Shown here in pieces: positions 1 to 7,647 of a DNA stretch of 48,493 nucleotides. The notes beneath the pieces are model-generated. The model ran no database searches. It had not been told where the DNA came from and saw nothing but the letters and a program-made list of their open reading frames with translations. The stretch's first letter is position 1. The number at the start of each line of letters is the position of its first letter. The DNA comes from Klebsiella phage vB_Kp3. Both the position numbers and the translations under genes were made by a program. The DNA is taken from sequence record KT367887.1. The stretch is one strand, 5' to 3'.

Positions 1-11
1 GCTCGCGGCAC

Positions 12-752
12 ATGTTGCAGCCGTGGTTAAACGCTGGCTATGAGTGCTGGACGTTCGACGGTCAGCTGAAAAACGGCGTACATAACCCTGAGCCTGGCCT
101 TTTCGAGGTCGGCATGTGGTTCGACGCATCAGCTACCAGCGTGCATGCCAACGACGTAGCCAGAATCGTAGGTGGTGGCGTGAAGTTCATCGCCTCTTTC
201 GCGGAATGCACATATCTGACCACTACCGGCGCGCGCTGGCTGTATCACCCGGAAGATCGCGAACTTCCGATTGCTGAGCGCCGACCACACCCGGCATACC
301 CGAACCGCCGCCGGGATATGGAGGACGCTGTGAAGCTGGCGAAATTCGTTGAGCTGGTGGAGGCATATTGCCACATCGTCAACAGTGATTTTTCCACCGG
401 CCCGATCCCGTGGATGCTGGAGAATCCGGCTCGATCATTCCTGCCGAAGCTGTGGCGCAACTTCAATCACACCTTCAACCCGTGTGACTATGGCGGCTAT
501 ATCCCGGAGGGTGAAGAGATGCACCCGGACTACCCGGGGGTCATTCCTGACCGTGACGCCTATACCAAGCTGACCGGGATCTGGTGCAGTGAAGCGTTCG
601 TGATGCCCGAGCCGAAGCCGGTGGAGCCGGTAGGCAAGGACTTCAACCGGGCGATCAAGGTCGGCGGAAAGAGCACCCGCACCAAAAACATCCGCAGCGC
701 CACTCCGCGCGGCTTCGCGTTGGCCGTATTCGAGGCAAACCACCATGCATAA
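12..752 (+). CDS. Hypothetical protein. The frame is open to the window edge, so it may be 5'-partial. Weak resemblance to DNA-methyltransferase-like motifs (ENP, PC, C-terminal TPRGF), but order/identity not convincing
   Basis: 246-aa ORF; stop overlaps next start (ATGCATAA); no upstream stop before window start. Confidence 0.4.
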   Translation: MLQPWLNAGYECWTFDGQLKNGVHNPEPGLFEVGMWFDASATSVHANDVARIVGGGVKFIASFAECTYLTTTGARWLYHPEDRELPIAERRPHPAYPNRRRDMEDAVKLAKFVELVEAYCHIVNSDFSTGPIPWMLENPARSFLPKLWRNFNHTFNPCDYGGYIPEGEEMHPDYPGVIPDRDAYTKLTGIWCSEAFVMPEPKPVEPVGKDFNRAIKVGGKSTRTKNIRSATPRGFALAVFEANHHA

Positions 753-975
753 GTTCATCATGCCGCTGGAGGATTACCGGCTGTTCGCCTTGCGTGAAGA
801 GCATCGCGTGATCACCAACGAAGAGCCGCCGCTTGGTGATGCCTGTATATCGTGCGAGGGACGCCTTGATATTCACGTGCAGGTGATCTCCTGCCGTGAG
901 TGGACGTTAGGAGGGCAGCTGTTTTATGTGAGCAAAATCAAATATCGGTCAAATACCCCAAAGGAAACGAAATGA
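745..975 (+). CDS. Small hypothetical protein with CxxC...C motif, translationally coupled on both sides
   Basis: ATG overlaps upstream stop; its TGA overlaps ATG of the Dam gene (ATGA). Confidence 0.35.
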   Translation: MHKFIMPLEDYRLFALREEHRVITNEEPPLGDACISCEGRLDIHVQVISCREWTLGGQLFYVSKIKYRSNTPKETK

Positions 976-1700
976 AAGACGAAGCAGATAAGGTGACGAT
1001 CGACGCGTTCGAAGCAGACCACAACCCGGCGCTGCACGCGGAAGCCGCAGCAAAGGGACTTACGCCGTGGCAGCTGTTCAGCAATCGCGTATGGGCTACG
1101 AAGGGGCTGGTGACTGGCGGGCACTACCAGGCAGTTCGCCCGCAGAAAGTGACCGGCCGCCGGTTCAACGGGAGCAAGACCCCGGATAACGTCCGCCCAA
1201 ACTGGCGCACCCCTGAGCACGTGTTCGCGTGGCTGGATATGACCTACGGCCCGTTTGAGGTAGATCTTGCGGCCTGCGAGAAGTCGACGAAATGCGACTT
1301 CTACTTTTGCAAGGAAGAGAACAGCCTTGCGCAAGACTGGAGCCAGTTTGATGCGATGTTTCTGAACCCGCCTTATGACGACATCACGCCGTGGACGGAG
1401 AAGAGCCGCGAGATCAAGCCGGGCGCAGTGCTGGCGGTGGTGCTGCCGAACGACAACAGCACAGTGTGGTTCCGCAACATGGTGGATCAGGCCTACACCA
1501 TCATCAACATCGTCAGCAACGGCAAGAACTCTGGCCGCCTGTCGTTCGAACACGCTGGCACCGGGAAGCCAGGCAAGCAGAACAACAAAGGCACCGTGCT
1601 GTTCATCCTGCGCGGTCGTAAGCGTCGCGCCGGTGTGGAGACGCTCTACATCGATCAGGATCAAATGCTGCGCGAACTGGGGTTACTGGATGCACAGTAA
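972..1700 (+). CDS. Phage-type DNA N6-adenine methyltransferase (Dam family)
   Basis: Motifs WRTPEHVF, LAACE, FLNPPYDD (NPPY catalytic motif) typical of phage Dam MTases; SD AAGGAAA upstream of ATG 972. Confidence 0.88.
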   Translation: MKDEADKVTIDAFEADHNPALHAEAAAKGLTPWQLFSNRVWATKGLVTGGHYQAVRPQKVTGRRFNGSKTPDNVRPNWRTPEHVFAWLDMTYGPFEVDLAACEKSTKCDFYFCKEENSLAQDWSQFDAMFLNPPYDDITPWTEKSREIKPGAVLAVVLPNDNSTVWFRNMVDQAYTIINIVSNGKNSGRLSFEHAGTGKPGKQNNKGTVLFILRGRKRRAGVETLYIDQDQMLRELGLLDAQ

Positions 1701-1947
1701 GGCGCAAGTCTGGCAGGCCGCGAAGGAATGCGGCCTCGACGAATTCATTACCGCCGTGTCAAAAGCGTTTCCCGGCGCGATTGACGGCGTAGCGATATCT
1801 GCGAAAGGGATCGGTGTTCTGGCGACTGACGACCGCATGCTGCGCAGGCTGGTGAGGGTTAAACCGGGCGTGACGCTCACAAAGCAACAGGTCAAGGAGA
1901 TAAGGACGAAATCTGGTGTTACTATGCGATATAAAGGGGAAAATTGA
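1689..1947 (+). CDS. Hypothetical protein (86 aa)
   Basis: ATG 1689 in alternate frame overlapping Dam 3' end (MHSKAQVW...); coding-like composition. Confidence 0.4.
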
Positions 1948-1959
1948 GGAGTAGCACCG

Positions 1960-2154
1960 ATGGGCAAGACGTACCAGCGGCACAAGGCCCGCACTGTATC
2001 GCGGGCTGACAGGCTGCGCAGGATGAACCAAGATAAGAACACGCGAGTCATCACTAAATACATCGCCGGGACACTAGCCCGGCTACCGGAAGGAGAAGAT
2101 CATGACGTTAGCACAGGCAATCTTGAAGGCATCAACCGAAGGGCGAGATCTTAA
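1960..2154 (+). CDS. Small basic hypothetical protein (64 aa)
   Basis: SD GAGGAG 8 nt upstream; R/K-rich; overlaps next ORF in another frame. Confidence 0.3.
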   Translation: MGKTYQRHKARTVSRADRLRRMNQDKNTRVITKYIAGTLARLPEGEDHDVSTGNLEGINRRARS

Positions 2155-2356
2155 AGTAGGAAAGGGCGTAGATCGTGAGAACAAGCACATAGGCCCGCGG
2201 AACGGTAAGTTCTGGACTGACGAACGCATTCAGGAAGTGACCGACGACGTCACCGTTCGGCGGATGACGAAGGCGCAGATCATGGAGAAGCACAACATCA
2301 CTGAAAGCGGTTTTTACAACGCCTGCTACCGTTTTGGGATCCCGACAACAAAATGA
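2102..2356 (+). CDS. Small HTH-like DNA-binding protein (84 aa)
   Basis: Strong SD AAGGAG; C-terminal segment TKAQIMEKHNITESGFYNACYRFG resembles an HTH. Confidence 0.5.
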   Translation: MTLAQAILKASTEGRDLKVGKGVDRENKHIGPRNGKFWTDERIQEVTDDVTVRRMTKAQIMEKHNITESGFYNACYRFGIPTTK

Positions 2357-2880
2357 AAAAACATACCGTTATTCATATCGACACGGCTGAATTTCATAAT
2401 GCCGTCTACATCCTTGGTCGTGAAGAGAAGATCTATAACTGGAACCAGAACGTCGAGTTCCGCAAGCGCCTTGTTGGCTTACTGGGGGAGATTGCAGCAG
2501 CTAAGCACCTGAACAACATTCACGGCCGCCACCGGATCATCATCCCGATGGGAGTCAACGCGCGCACCGGCGTATCGGTTAATGCGTTCGGCCAGGGTGA
2601 CATCATGACCATCTCACGCACAGGGAAGCGCGAACGGCAAACGCACGTCTATGAGGTGAAATCCACCGAGGGCATCGGCAAGCAGTTGCCAACCATCCGG
2701 CAGGACAACGCTGAAAGCTACGTGATGAATGGCGTTGATGCAATCATTCTGGTGGCGGTGCAGATCAACAAGGCGAAGGCAGAGTGCCGGATCATGCAGC
2801 AGGTGTCGCCGGTGGAGGTGATCGAGAAGTGGAGGCCGATGGTTAACCGGTACGGTCAGGAGTGTTATGCTTTCAACTAA
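2353..2880 (+). CDS. Hypothetical protein (175 aa) with possible PD-(D/E)XK-like motif (GDIMTI...YEVKS); occupies the position of a late regulator just upstream of lysis genes
   Basis: ATGA overlap with upstream ORF; followed immediately by intrinsic terminator. Confidence 0.55.
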   Translation: MKKHTVIHIDTAEFHNAVYILGREEKIYNWNQNVEFRKRLVGLLGEIAAAKHLNNIHGRHRIIIPMGVNARTGVSVNAFGQGDIMTISRTGKRERQTHVYEVKSTEGIGKQLPTIRQDNAESYVMNGVDAIILVAVQINKAKAECRIMQQVSPVEVIEKWRPMVNRYGQECYAFN

Positions 2881-2901
2881 ATAGATTTTGCGCTTATCAT
2901 G

Positions 2902-2935
2902 GCCCCCGTTAACACTCACGGGGGCTTTTCTTTTG
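2902..2935 (+). terminator. Rho-independent terminator (stem GCCCCCGT/ACGGGGGC, T-run) preceded by GCTTATCATGG motif
   Basis: 8-bp GC stem, 8-nt loop, TTTTCTTTTG tail. Confidence 0.75.
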
Positions 2936-2971
2936 GGCGACTTCTTCCACGGCATCACCGACATCTATCGG

Positions 2972-3283
2972 ATGTATAAGACCGACTTAGATTACCCCAT
3001 CGCTGCGGCCGTCATGGCTACATTGCGTCACATCCAGCTCGGTCACGAAAGGCGACAGATCTGGACTAATGCGATCATGGCGGCAATGTTCGCGAAGGGC
3101 ATCACCTTCATCATCACCATCATCGGGGATTCCGTTCCGCGGATGCACTGGATCGCAAACCAGGATGCAGGCTGGATCGTTGCCTGCGTGCTTGGGTACG
3201 TTGGGATCGACAAGGTCATTCGCGTGGTTGAGCGGTATTTCCCGTCCATGAATCTCAGGGGGAAAAATGATCGGCAACCTTAA
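2972..3283 (+). CDS. Holin (class I-like, predicted 3 TMDs, charged C-terminus)
   Basis: Hydrophobic segments IAAAVMATL, IWTNAIMAAMFAKGITFIITIIG, AGWIVACVLGYVGI; position first in lysis cassette. Start uncertain (TTG 2888 or ATG 2972), no clear SD. Confidence 0.55.
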   Translation: MYKTDLDYPIAAAVMATLRHIQLGHERRQIWTNAIMAAMFAKGITFIITIIGDSVPRMHWIANQDAGWIVACVLGYVGIDKVIRVVERYFPSMNLRGKNDRQP

Positions 3284-3767
3284 AATTTACCTGCTGGCGG
3301 CACTTGCCGCCTTTTTGCTATGGCAGGGCGGCAGTTATGCACTGACCAGGTACGGCGAAAGCCGTTATGAAAGCGGCGTTACAGCTGGGATTAACAAGGA
3401 GGCTGAACGCAGAAACAAAATTGACCGTGATCTGGCCGAAATGCGCCAGAGGGAGAAAGACCAAGATGATCGCGACACGACTCGCCGGATTGACCAAGCA
3501 CGCGCTGACGCTGCTAGTGCTGCTTATGCTGCTGACCGGCTGCGCCAGCAACTCAACGCAGCCACTGCCATCGCAAAACAACACGCCTCCGCTGTCGGCG
3601 TTAGCAGTGATGCCGGAACGCTCGCCGATCTGCTCGCCGAGCTGTTCTATCAGTCAGTGCAAGCGGGTAACGAACTGGCAGCAGAAGCTGATCGATACTA
3701 CATCGCCGGGCAGCGCTGCAACACCCAGTACAACAGACTATTGCAAGCAACAAGGAGTAACAAATGA
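3267..3767 (+). CDS. Rz-like i-spanin (N-terminal TM, periplasmic coiled coil)
   Basis: N-terminal TM MIGNLKIYLLAALAAFLLW then charged helical region; contains embedded +1-frame lipoprotein ORF. Confidence 0.75.
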   Translation: MIGNLKIYLLAALAAFLLWQGGSYALTRYGESRYESGVTAGINKEAERRNKIDRDLAEMRQREKDQDDRDTTRRIDQARADAASAAYAADRLRQQLNAATAIAKQHASAVGVSSDAGTLADLLAELFYQSVQAGNELAAEADRYYIAGQRCNTQYNRLLQATRSNK

Positions 3768-3777
3768 GGATGAGTGA
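3466..3777 (+). CDS. Rz1-like o-spanin (outer-membrane lipoprotein) embedded in Rz, extending 10 nt beyond it
   Basis: Signal peptide + lipobox LLTGC, proline-rich mature part; +1 frame inside Rz. Confidence 0.55.
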   Translation: MIATRLAGLTKHALTLLVLLMLLTGCASNSTQPLPSQNNTPPLSALAVMPERSPICSPSCSISQCKRVTNWQQKLIDTTSPGSAATPSTTDYCKQQGVTNEDE

Positions 3778-4261
3778 CAACGGGCTGCAATTTACAGCAG
3801 CATGGGAGAAATTCCGCAGCGCGCCTTACTTCGCCACCGAAGACGAGCGCCGTCGCGGGATCTACACCTGGGGCTTCGGGCACACTGGCCGCAACCCTCC
3901 ACGCATCAACATCACGCGAGAAGCCGCGCTGGCGATCCTGCGTGAAGACGTAGCCTATGCTGAGAAGAAGGTGAACGAGTGGGCGCACAAGTCCATCACG
4001 CAACCCATCTTCGACGCACTGGTTGATCTGGTCATCAATGCCGGTGAAGAGCCAATCAAGCCGGACAAGAAGGCGGGAGACTTCGACGACCTGGTGACGC
4101 AAGGTCGCTGGGATGAGCTGATCGTACAGCTGGAGTTCTTCCGCAAGCAGGGCGGCAAGATCATTCCCGGGCTGGTTCGCCGGGCACTGGCGCGGCAGGC
4201 GCTGGCGAAGGGGATGAACTGGCGGGATGCTGAGGCCGTTGGCCGGAACGCGAAGGTGTAA
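3764..4261 (+). CDS. Endolysin, glycoside hydrolase family 24 (T4/P22-type lysozyme)
   Basis: N-terminal GLQFTAAWEKFRSAPYFATEDERRRGIYTWGFGHTG matches E-D-T catalytic region of GH24 lysozymes. Confidence 0.85.
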   Translation: MRMSDNGLQFTAAWEKFRSAPYFATEDERRRGIYTWGFGHTGRNPPRINITREAALAILREDVAYAEKKVNEWAHKSITQPIFDALVDLVINAGEEPIKPDKKAGDFDDLVTQGRWDELIVQLEFFRKQGGKIIPGLVRRALARQALAKGMNWRDAEAVGRNAKV

Positions 4262-4267
4262 AAAAAC

Positions 4268-4297
4268 AGGGGGCCATTTGGCCCCTTGTTATTTATT
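4268..4297. terminator. Bidirectional rho-independent terminator (GGGGCC-ATTT-GGCCCC flanked by A-run and T-run)
   Basis: Separates rightward lysis genes from leftward operon ending at 4293. Confidence 0.75.
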
Positions 4298-4532
4298 GCA
4301 GCAAAAAGAAACTTAACATCACATACCCGGGAGCGTATTCGCCGACGTCGCAGACGTGCGTGATCCTGGCGTCAACCACTCTTCCTGTGTAAGAGTCTTT
4401 CTCAGTCCATTCGCGGAGGTTGAGCGTATCGCCTACAGCAAAGTGACGATCAGCCTTGCGTAATTCCGCGCGCTTCTTCCCGAACTTAACGGCGTGGAAG
4501 TGAACCGGGAGGATTTTAAGATCGTGGATCAC
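4293..4532 (-). CDS. DUF3850 (ASCH/PUA-like) domain protein
   Basis: MIHDLKILPVHFHAVKFGKKRAELRKADRHFAVGDTLNLREW is the characteristic DUF3850 pattern. Confidence 0.65.
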   Translation of the reverse strand: MIHDLKILPVHFHAVKFGKKRAELRKADRHFAVGDTLNLREWTEKDSYTGRVVDARITHVCDVGEYAPGYVMLSFFLLQ

Positions 4533-5224
4533 TTCATCCCTCCCACGACCTCAGCGCCGATAGCCGCGTACCCAGCGAGGTCTTCGAACGAGTCGGTGTT
4601 GTCGTCAGTCTGAGCGCGGCAGATCTTTAAAATGGATTGTAGCGTCACCACGTCCAGGCCAGTCAGCGGCATGTTCTGGCGGTTCGCAGACGAACGCACG
4701 ATATTGAATGCGTCAGCTACGCGCTCGAACTGGCGCTCTTTGCCGTTCTCCGCGCCGTAGCGGCGACCGCGCTCCTCAAGGTGGCCCTTTACCTTCTCAA
4801 GAACCTGGGCGGCGTCAAGAGGCTCAGAGGAGCTTTTAGGGGCATCGGCCTTTTCGGCGACCATGTAGATCGCGGTTCCATCCGTGCGAGCACAATCGCG
4901 GTTCAGTGTCGCGATGTTGTCGTGAGTTAGCGCCGACTCATCAGCTACGCCGTGGTGGCGGAAGAAGTTGGTCGGGAATTCGATCACGTTAGGGATAGAA
5001 TATTCACCGTGATCTACCAGGCAATGCCAGCGGGCGATGATGGTTTCCTGCCCGGAAAGCTCACCGTAGGATAGGAACGTCACCAGCGAGTTGCGGCCCG
5101 GGATGTTGCTACCGCGCAGAGGATCGTTGCCTTCATCCACTTCGTACCAGAAGCGCAGAATGTCCCCGGCAGTGAAGCGGTCGGTAACGTCAGTTGTTTT
5201 TTTCTTCTTGGTGGTCATGTTCAT
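4529..5224 (-). CDS. Hypothetical protein (231 aa), lysine-rich N-terminus
   Basis: ORF with ATGA overlap to downstream gene; conserved-looking C-terminal helical domain. Confidence 0.55.
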   Translation of the reverse strand: MNMTTKKKKTTDVTDRFTAGDILRFWYEVDEGNDPLRGSNIPGRNSLVTFLSYGELSGQETIIARWHCLVDHGEYSIPNVIEFPTNFFRHHGVADESALTHDNIATLNRDCARTDGTAIYMVAEKADAPKSSSEPLDAAQVLEKVKGHLEERGRRYGAENGKERQFERVADAFNIVRSSANRQNMPLTGLDVVTLQSILKICRAQTDDNTDSFEDLAGYAAIGAEVVGGMK

Positions 5225-5228
5225 TTCC

Positions 5229-5477
5229 TCAGCATTGCATTAGTGTTTTGCGCCAGTCGGCGCTTTCAAGATCGACGTAGCCTAGCAGAACAGGCACGCC
5301 TTCTGAACTCCAAAATTCAGAACGGTAATTCACGAACGGCTCTATGTCGTAGGCATATAGCGCGCCATCCATATCCACCGCCACCCAATTCGCCCAGCGC
5401 GGCACGGTTATGACCATGCCGTTATAGTTGAATACCTTAAACAGCCCGTTAGTGATCAGCTTCATAATCATCCCCAA
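5229..5477 (-). CDS. Hypothetical protein (82 aa)
   Basis: ORF in operon context. Confidence 0.45.
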   Translation of the reverse strand: MGMIMKLITNGLFKVFNYNGMVITVPRWANWVAVDMDGALYAYDIEPFVNYRSEFWSSEGVPVLLGYVDLESADWRKTLMQC

Positions 5478-5835
5478 AGTATGGAACGCGCGGGTAGGTC
5501 ACTGGTGCATAGGCCTCGATCCTGAAATCGCGGTTGCGGTCGAGCGGCTGGTAGAACGAACTGAACTCAGGGTGAATGCCTTCCTGGCACCAGCCGACGA
5601 AGAAGAACGGTTCGCCGCCTTCATCGGTGCGGCCGTCCCAGCACGCCAGCTGTTCATCGGTGTACCCGCATTCGTCGAAATTAACGTACCAGAAGCGGCG
5701 GATCAGGCGGCAGTTGTTACGCAGGCGCACCACCACCCAAAACTCCATTTCATGCCCGTGCTCAATGTCCGGGGTGTCGCCCAAAGACCAGACTGACGGC
5801 AAGAATTGTTCGAATACTGGCTCTTTCTGTTTCAT
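5449..5835 (-). CDS. Hypothetical protein (128 aa)
   Basis: Start ATG overlapping upstream stop (ATGA at 5832-5835). Confidence 0.5.
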   Translation of the reverse strand: MKQKEPVFEQFLPSVWSLGDTPDIEHGHEMEFWVVVRLRNNCRLIRRFWYVNFDECGYTDEQLACWDGRTDEGGEPFFFVGWCQEGIHPEFSSFYQPLDRNRDFRIEAYAPVTYPRVPYFGDDYEADH

Positions 5836-6116
5836 TTGCAAAAATCCTCTACGTTGATGAAGTCGGGGGTCATAACCATGTTTCCCGCCCGTAGGAAGCT
5901 CAGGCCGAAGCGGTGGATCAGCGTGCTGCACTGGTCGATGTCGCTGTAGTGCATGCGACGCCAGAATCCTTTCAGTGTCCCGACGTCGTCCCAGCGCACT
6001 TGCGGGCGGTCGATGAACTCAGCGCGGACGAACCGGCCATAGTGCCAAACCCATTGCCCGGGCTTCACGTCGGCGACTTCCACGAGCTTAGTGGGGAATA
6101 CCGGGATCTTGCTCAT
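5832..6116 (-). CDS. Hypothetical protein (94 aa)
   Basis: ORF, start overlaps stop of upstream gene. Confidence 0.5.
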   Translation of the reverse strand: MSKIPVFPTKLVEVADVKPGQWVWHYGRFVRAEFIDRPQVRWDDVGTLKGFWRRMHYSDIDQCSTLIHRFGLSFLRAGNMVMTPDFINVEDFCK

Positions 6117-6475
6117 CGTGCTTTCACCTCGCCGTAGTAGCCAACGTCCATCAGGTCTGATACGACCGCGATGACCTGAGCCTTCGCCTCATCATCTGCC
6201 TTGTTGTTGGCAATGGCCTTCATCACTGCGCTGCGGGTGACGTCGAACATCGGTTCGGACACGTTACCCTTACGGTAGCGCTCACCCAGCTTGCAGGCGT
6301 CCTTCATGACCTTATCCATCTGCGCGTTATCAGGCAGGAGGTCGTATACACCCAGGTCGCGCTGGATATTGATGTTCTTGATGCCTACAGCGCAGCTAAC
6401 GGCGCTGGCGTCCCCGACGTATGAGCAGCCCAGCACGGCGGCTGCGGCGATGGCGATGGCGGTAATGCGTTTCAT
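6113..6475 (-). CDS. Lipoprotein (signal peptide + lipobox VLGC)
   Basis: MKRITAIAIAAAAVLGC... typical SPII signal; second gene from early leftward promoter. Confidence 0.6.
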   Translation of the reverse strand: MKRITAIAIAAAAVLGCSYVGDASAVSCAVGIKNINIQRDLGVYDLLPDNAQMDKVMKDACKLGERYRKGNVSEPMFDVTRSAVMKAIANNKADDEAKAQVIAVVSDLMDVGYYGEVKAR

Positions 6476-6478
6476 CGG

Positions 6479-6709
6479 TTACTCCTTGTTCCCACGGATG
6501 GCGGCGATGGTTTCAATGTGGCGGCGCTCTTCTATGCGGCGGCGCTCTTCTTCGGCGGCGATGTTGCGCATCACCAGCAGGAAAAGGATCGCCAGCAGCG
6601 GAGATATCAGCAGCGCCAGCAGCGACCAACCCAGGCCACTGCGTCCGCGACGATCGGCAGCAATACCCACCAGCACAGCCATGACACACCAAATAATTAA
6701 CACGCTCAT
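6479..6709 (-). CDS. Small inner-membrane protein (1-2 TM, charged C-terminus)
   Basis: SD AGGAGAG 5 nt upstream of ATG 6709; hydrophobic N-terminal 50 aa. Confidence 0.55.
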   Translation of the reverse strand: MSVLIIWCVMAVLVGIAADRRGRSGLGWSLLALLISPLLAILFLLVMRNIAAEEERRRIEERRHIETIAAIRGNKE

Positions 6710-6751
6710 GATTCTCTCTCCTGTTAGTCCCGGCACCCTGCCGGGATCTGC

Positions 6752-6781
6752 ATATTAGTACGGGATAATATCCCGTGTCAA
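6752..6781 (-). promoter_or_regulatory. Sigma70 promoter (leftward): -35 TTGACA (6776-6781), 18-nt spacer, -10 TAATAT (6752-6757), with perfect 8-1-8 palindrome ACGGGATAaTATCCCGT (6760-6776) in spacer
   Basis: Consensus hexamers read on minus strand; palindrome suggests an operator overlapping the promoter. Confidence 0.6.
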
Positions 6782-6783
6782 CA

Positions 6784-7116
6784 CTATAGAATGATTCCAG
6801 CGCCGTGAGTGTAAACGGTGGCGATCGTCAGCAACTCAACGCGGAGCGACTTCAACGCCCCGGCGGCGGTCTTTGCGTCGATCTCAGTGACATGGTTCTT
6901 CGAGTCGGTGTACGACGCTTTGAAGCGGTTGTGCCCGTAGGCGATGCAGCGAACGCGGCCGAACTCGACGACGACACGATAGGTCGTCTCCTTTGTCTTG
7001 TCGTTGACGGCTTCCAGTACAGCGAACTGCGCGCCGGGCATGAGCATGGCGCAGATATGAGCACCAAGCTCGCGGGCTTCGTCGCGGCTGGTGATCTTCT
7101 TCATCTGGTCAATCAT
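6784..7116 (-). CDS. Hypothetical protein (110 aa)
   Basis: ORF. Confidence 0.45.
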   Translation of the reverse strand: MIDQMKKITSRDEARELGAHICAMLMPGAQFAVLEAVNDKTKETTYRVVVEFGRVRCIAYGHNRFKASYTDSKNHVTEIDAKTAAGALKSLRVELLTIATVYTHGAGIIL

Positions 7117-7372
7117 TTCGGGCCTCCTCGCGGCCTGCGGGCGTGATCTCGCACGCCCCGGTAGTTATGTTCCATTTTGCCAGCCCGCGGCTGACAAGTC
7201 CGTTCAGCGCAGTGACGGTATGGGACTTGCTGTCATAGACCCAGTCGCCTGCGCGCCATTCTGAGACAGCAAGCCGCTTTAATACGGCCCGCTGTCTGAT
7301 ACGCAGCTTCACTCCGGGCGACCCCCGGCAGCCAGCCATGCGGCGTAAGCGATAGAACGCGTCAGATCGCAC
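7109..7372 (-). CDS. Hypothetical protein (87 aa), basic, possible winged-helix
   Basis: ORF; overlaps next ORF. Confidence 0.35.
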   Translation of the reverse strand: MRSDAFYRLRRMAGCRGSPGVKLRIRQRAVLKRLAVSEWRAGDWVYDSKSHTVTALNGLVSRGLAKWNITTGACEITPAGREEARND

Positions 7373-7635
7373 TTCATGGTGATCTTGCGGTCTTCATCGG
7401 CGTTGACCCACTGCGAGAACGTCAGATTCAGAGGCATAGGCTCACCCTCAGCGGCTGCGAGCGCATGGTGATAGCTGTTCAGCGACAGCAGCAGGGAGAC
7501 GCGCTGCCGGGCGGTCATTTCACGCATGATCGCCCGCACGCACATGGAGGCGCTACCCGCCCCTTCATGCTTGCGCTGGCGGCCGTCCCAAAACTTGAAC
7601 GTCATTGACAGCGGTGGTCTTTTACGTCCGTCCAT
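7309..7635 (-). CDS. Hypothetical protein (108 aa)
   Basis: ORF. Confidence 0.4.
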   Translation of the reverse strand: MDGRKRPPLSMTFKFWDGRQRKHEGAGSASMCVRAIMREMTARQRVSLLLSLNSYHHALAAAEGEPMPLNLTFSQWVNADEDRKITMKCDLTRSIAYAAWLAAGGRPE

Positions 7636-7647
7636 AATTTCCTCCTG

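Noticed and set aside
924-1664. Long antisense ORFs opposite well-supported genes (e.g. 924-1664, 9473-10609, 15369-16172, 16245-16859, 19836-20330, 30723-31397, 32247-32906, 45677-46429)
   Set aside because: Typical shadow ORFs of GC-rich coding DNA; the partner strand has recognisable protein motifs and operon logic.
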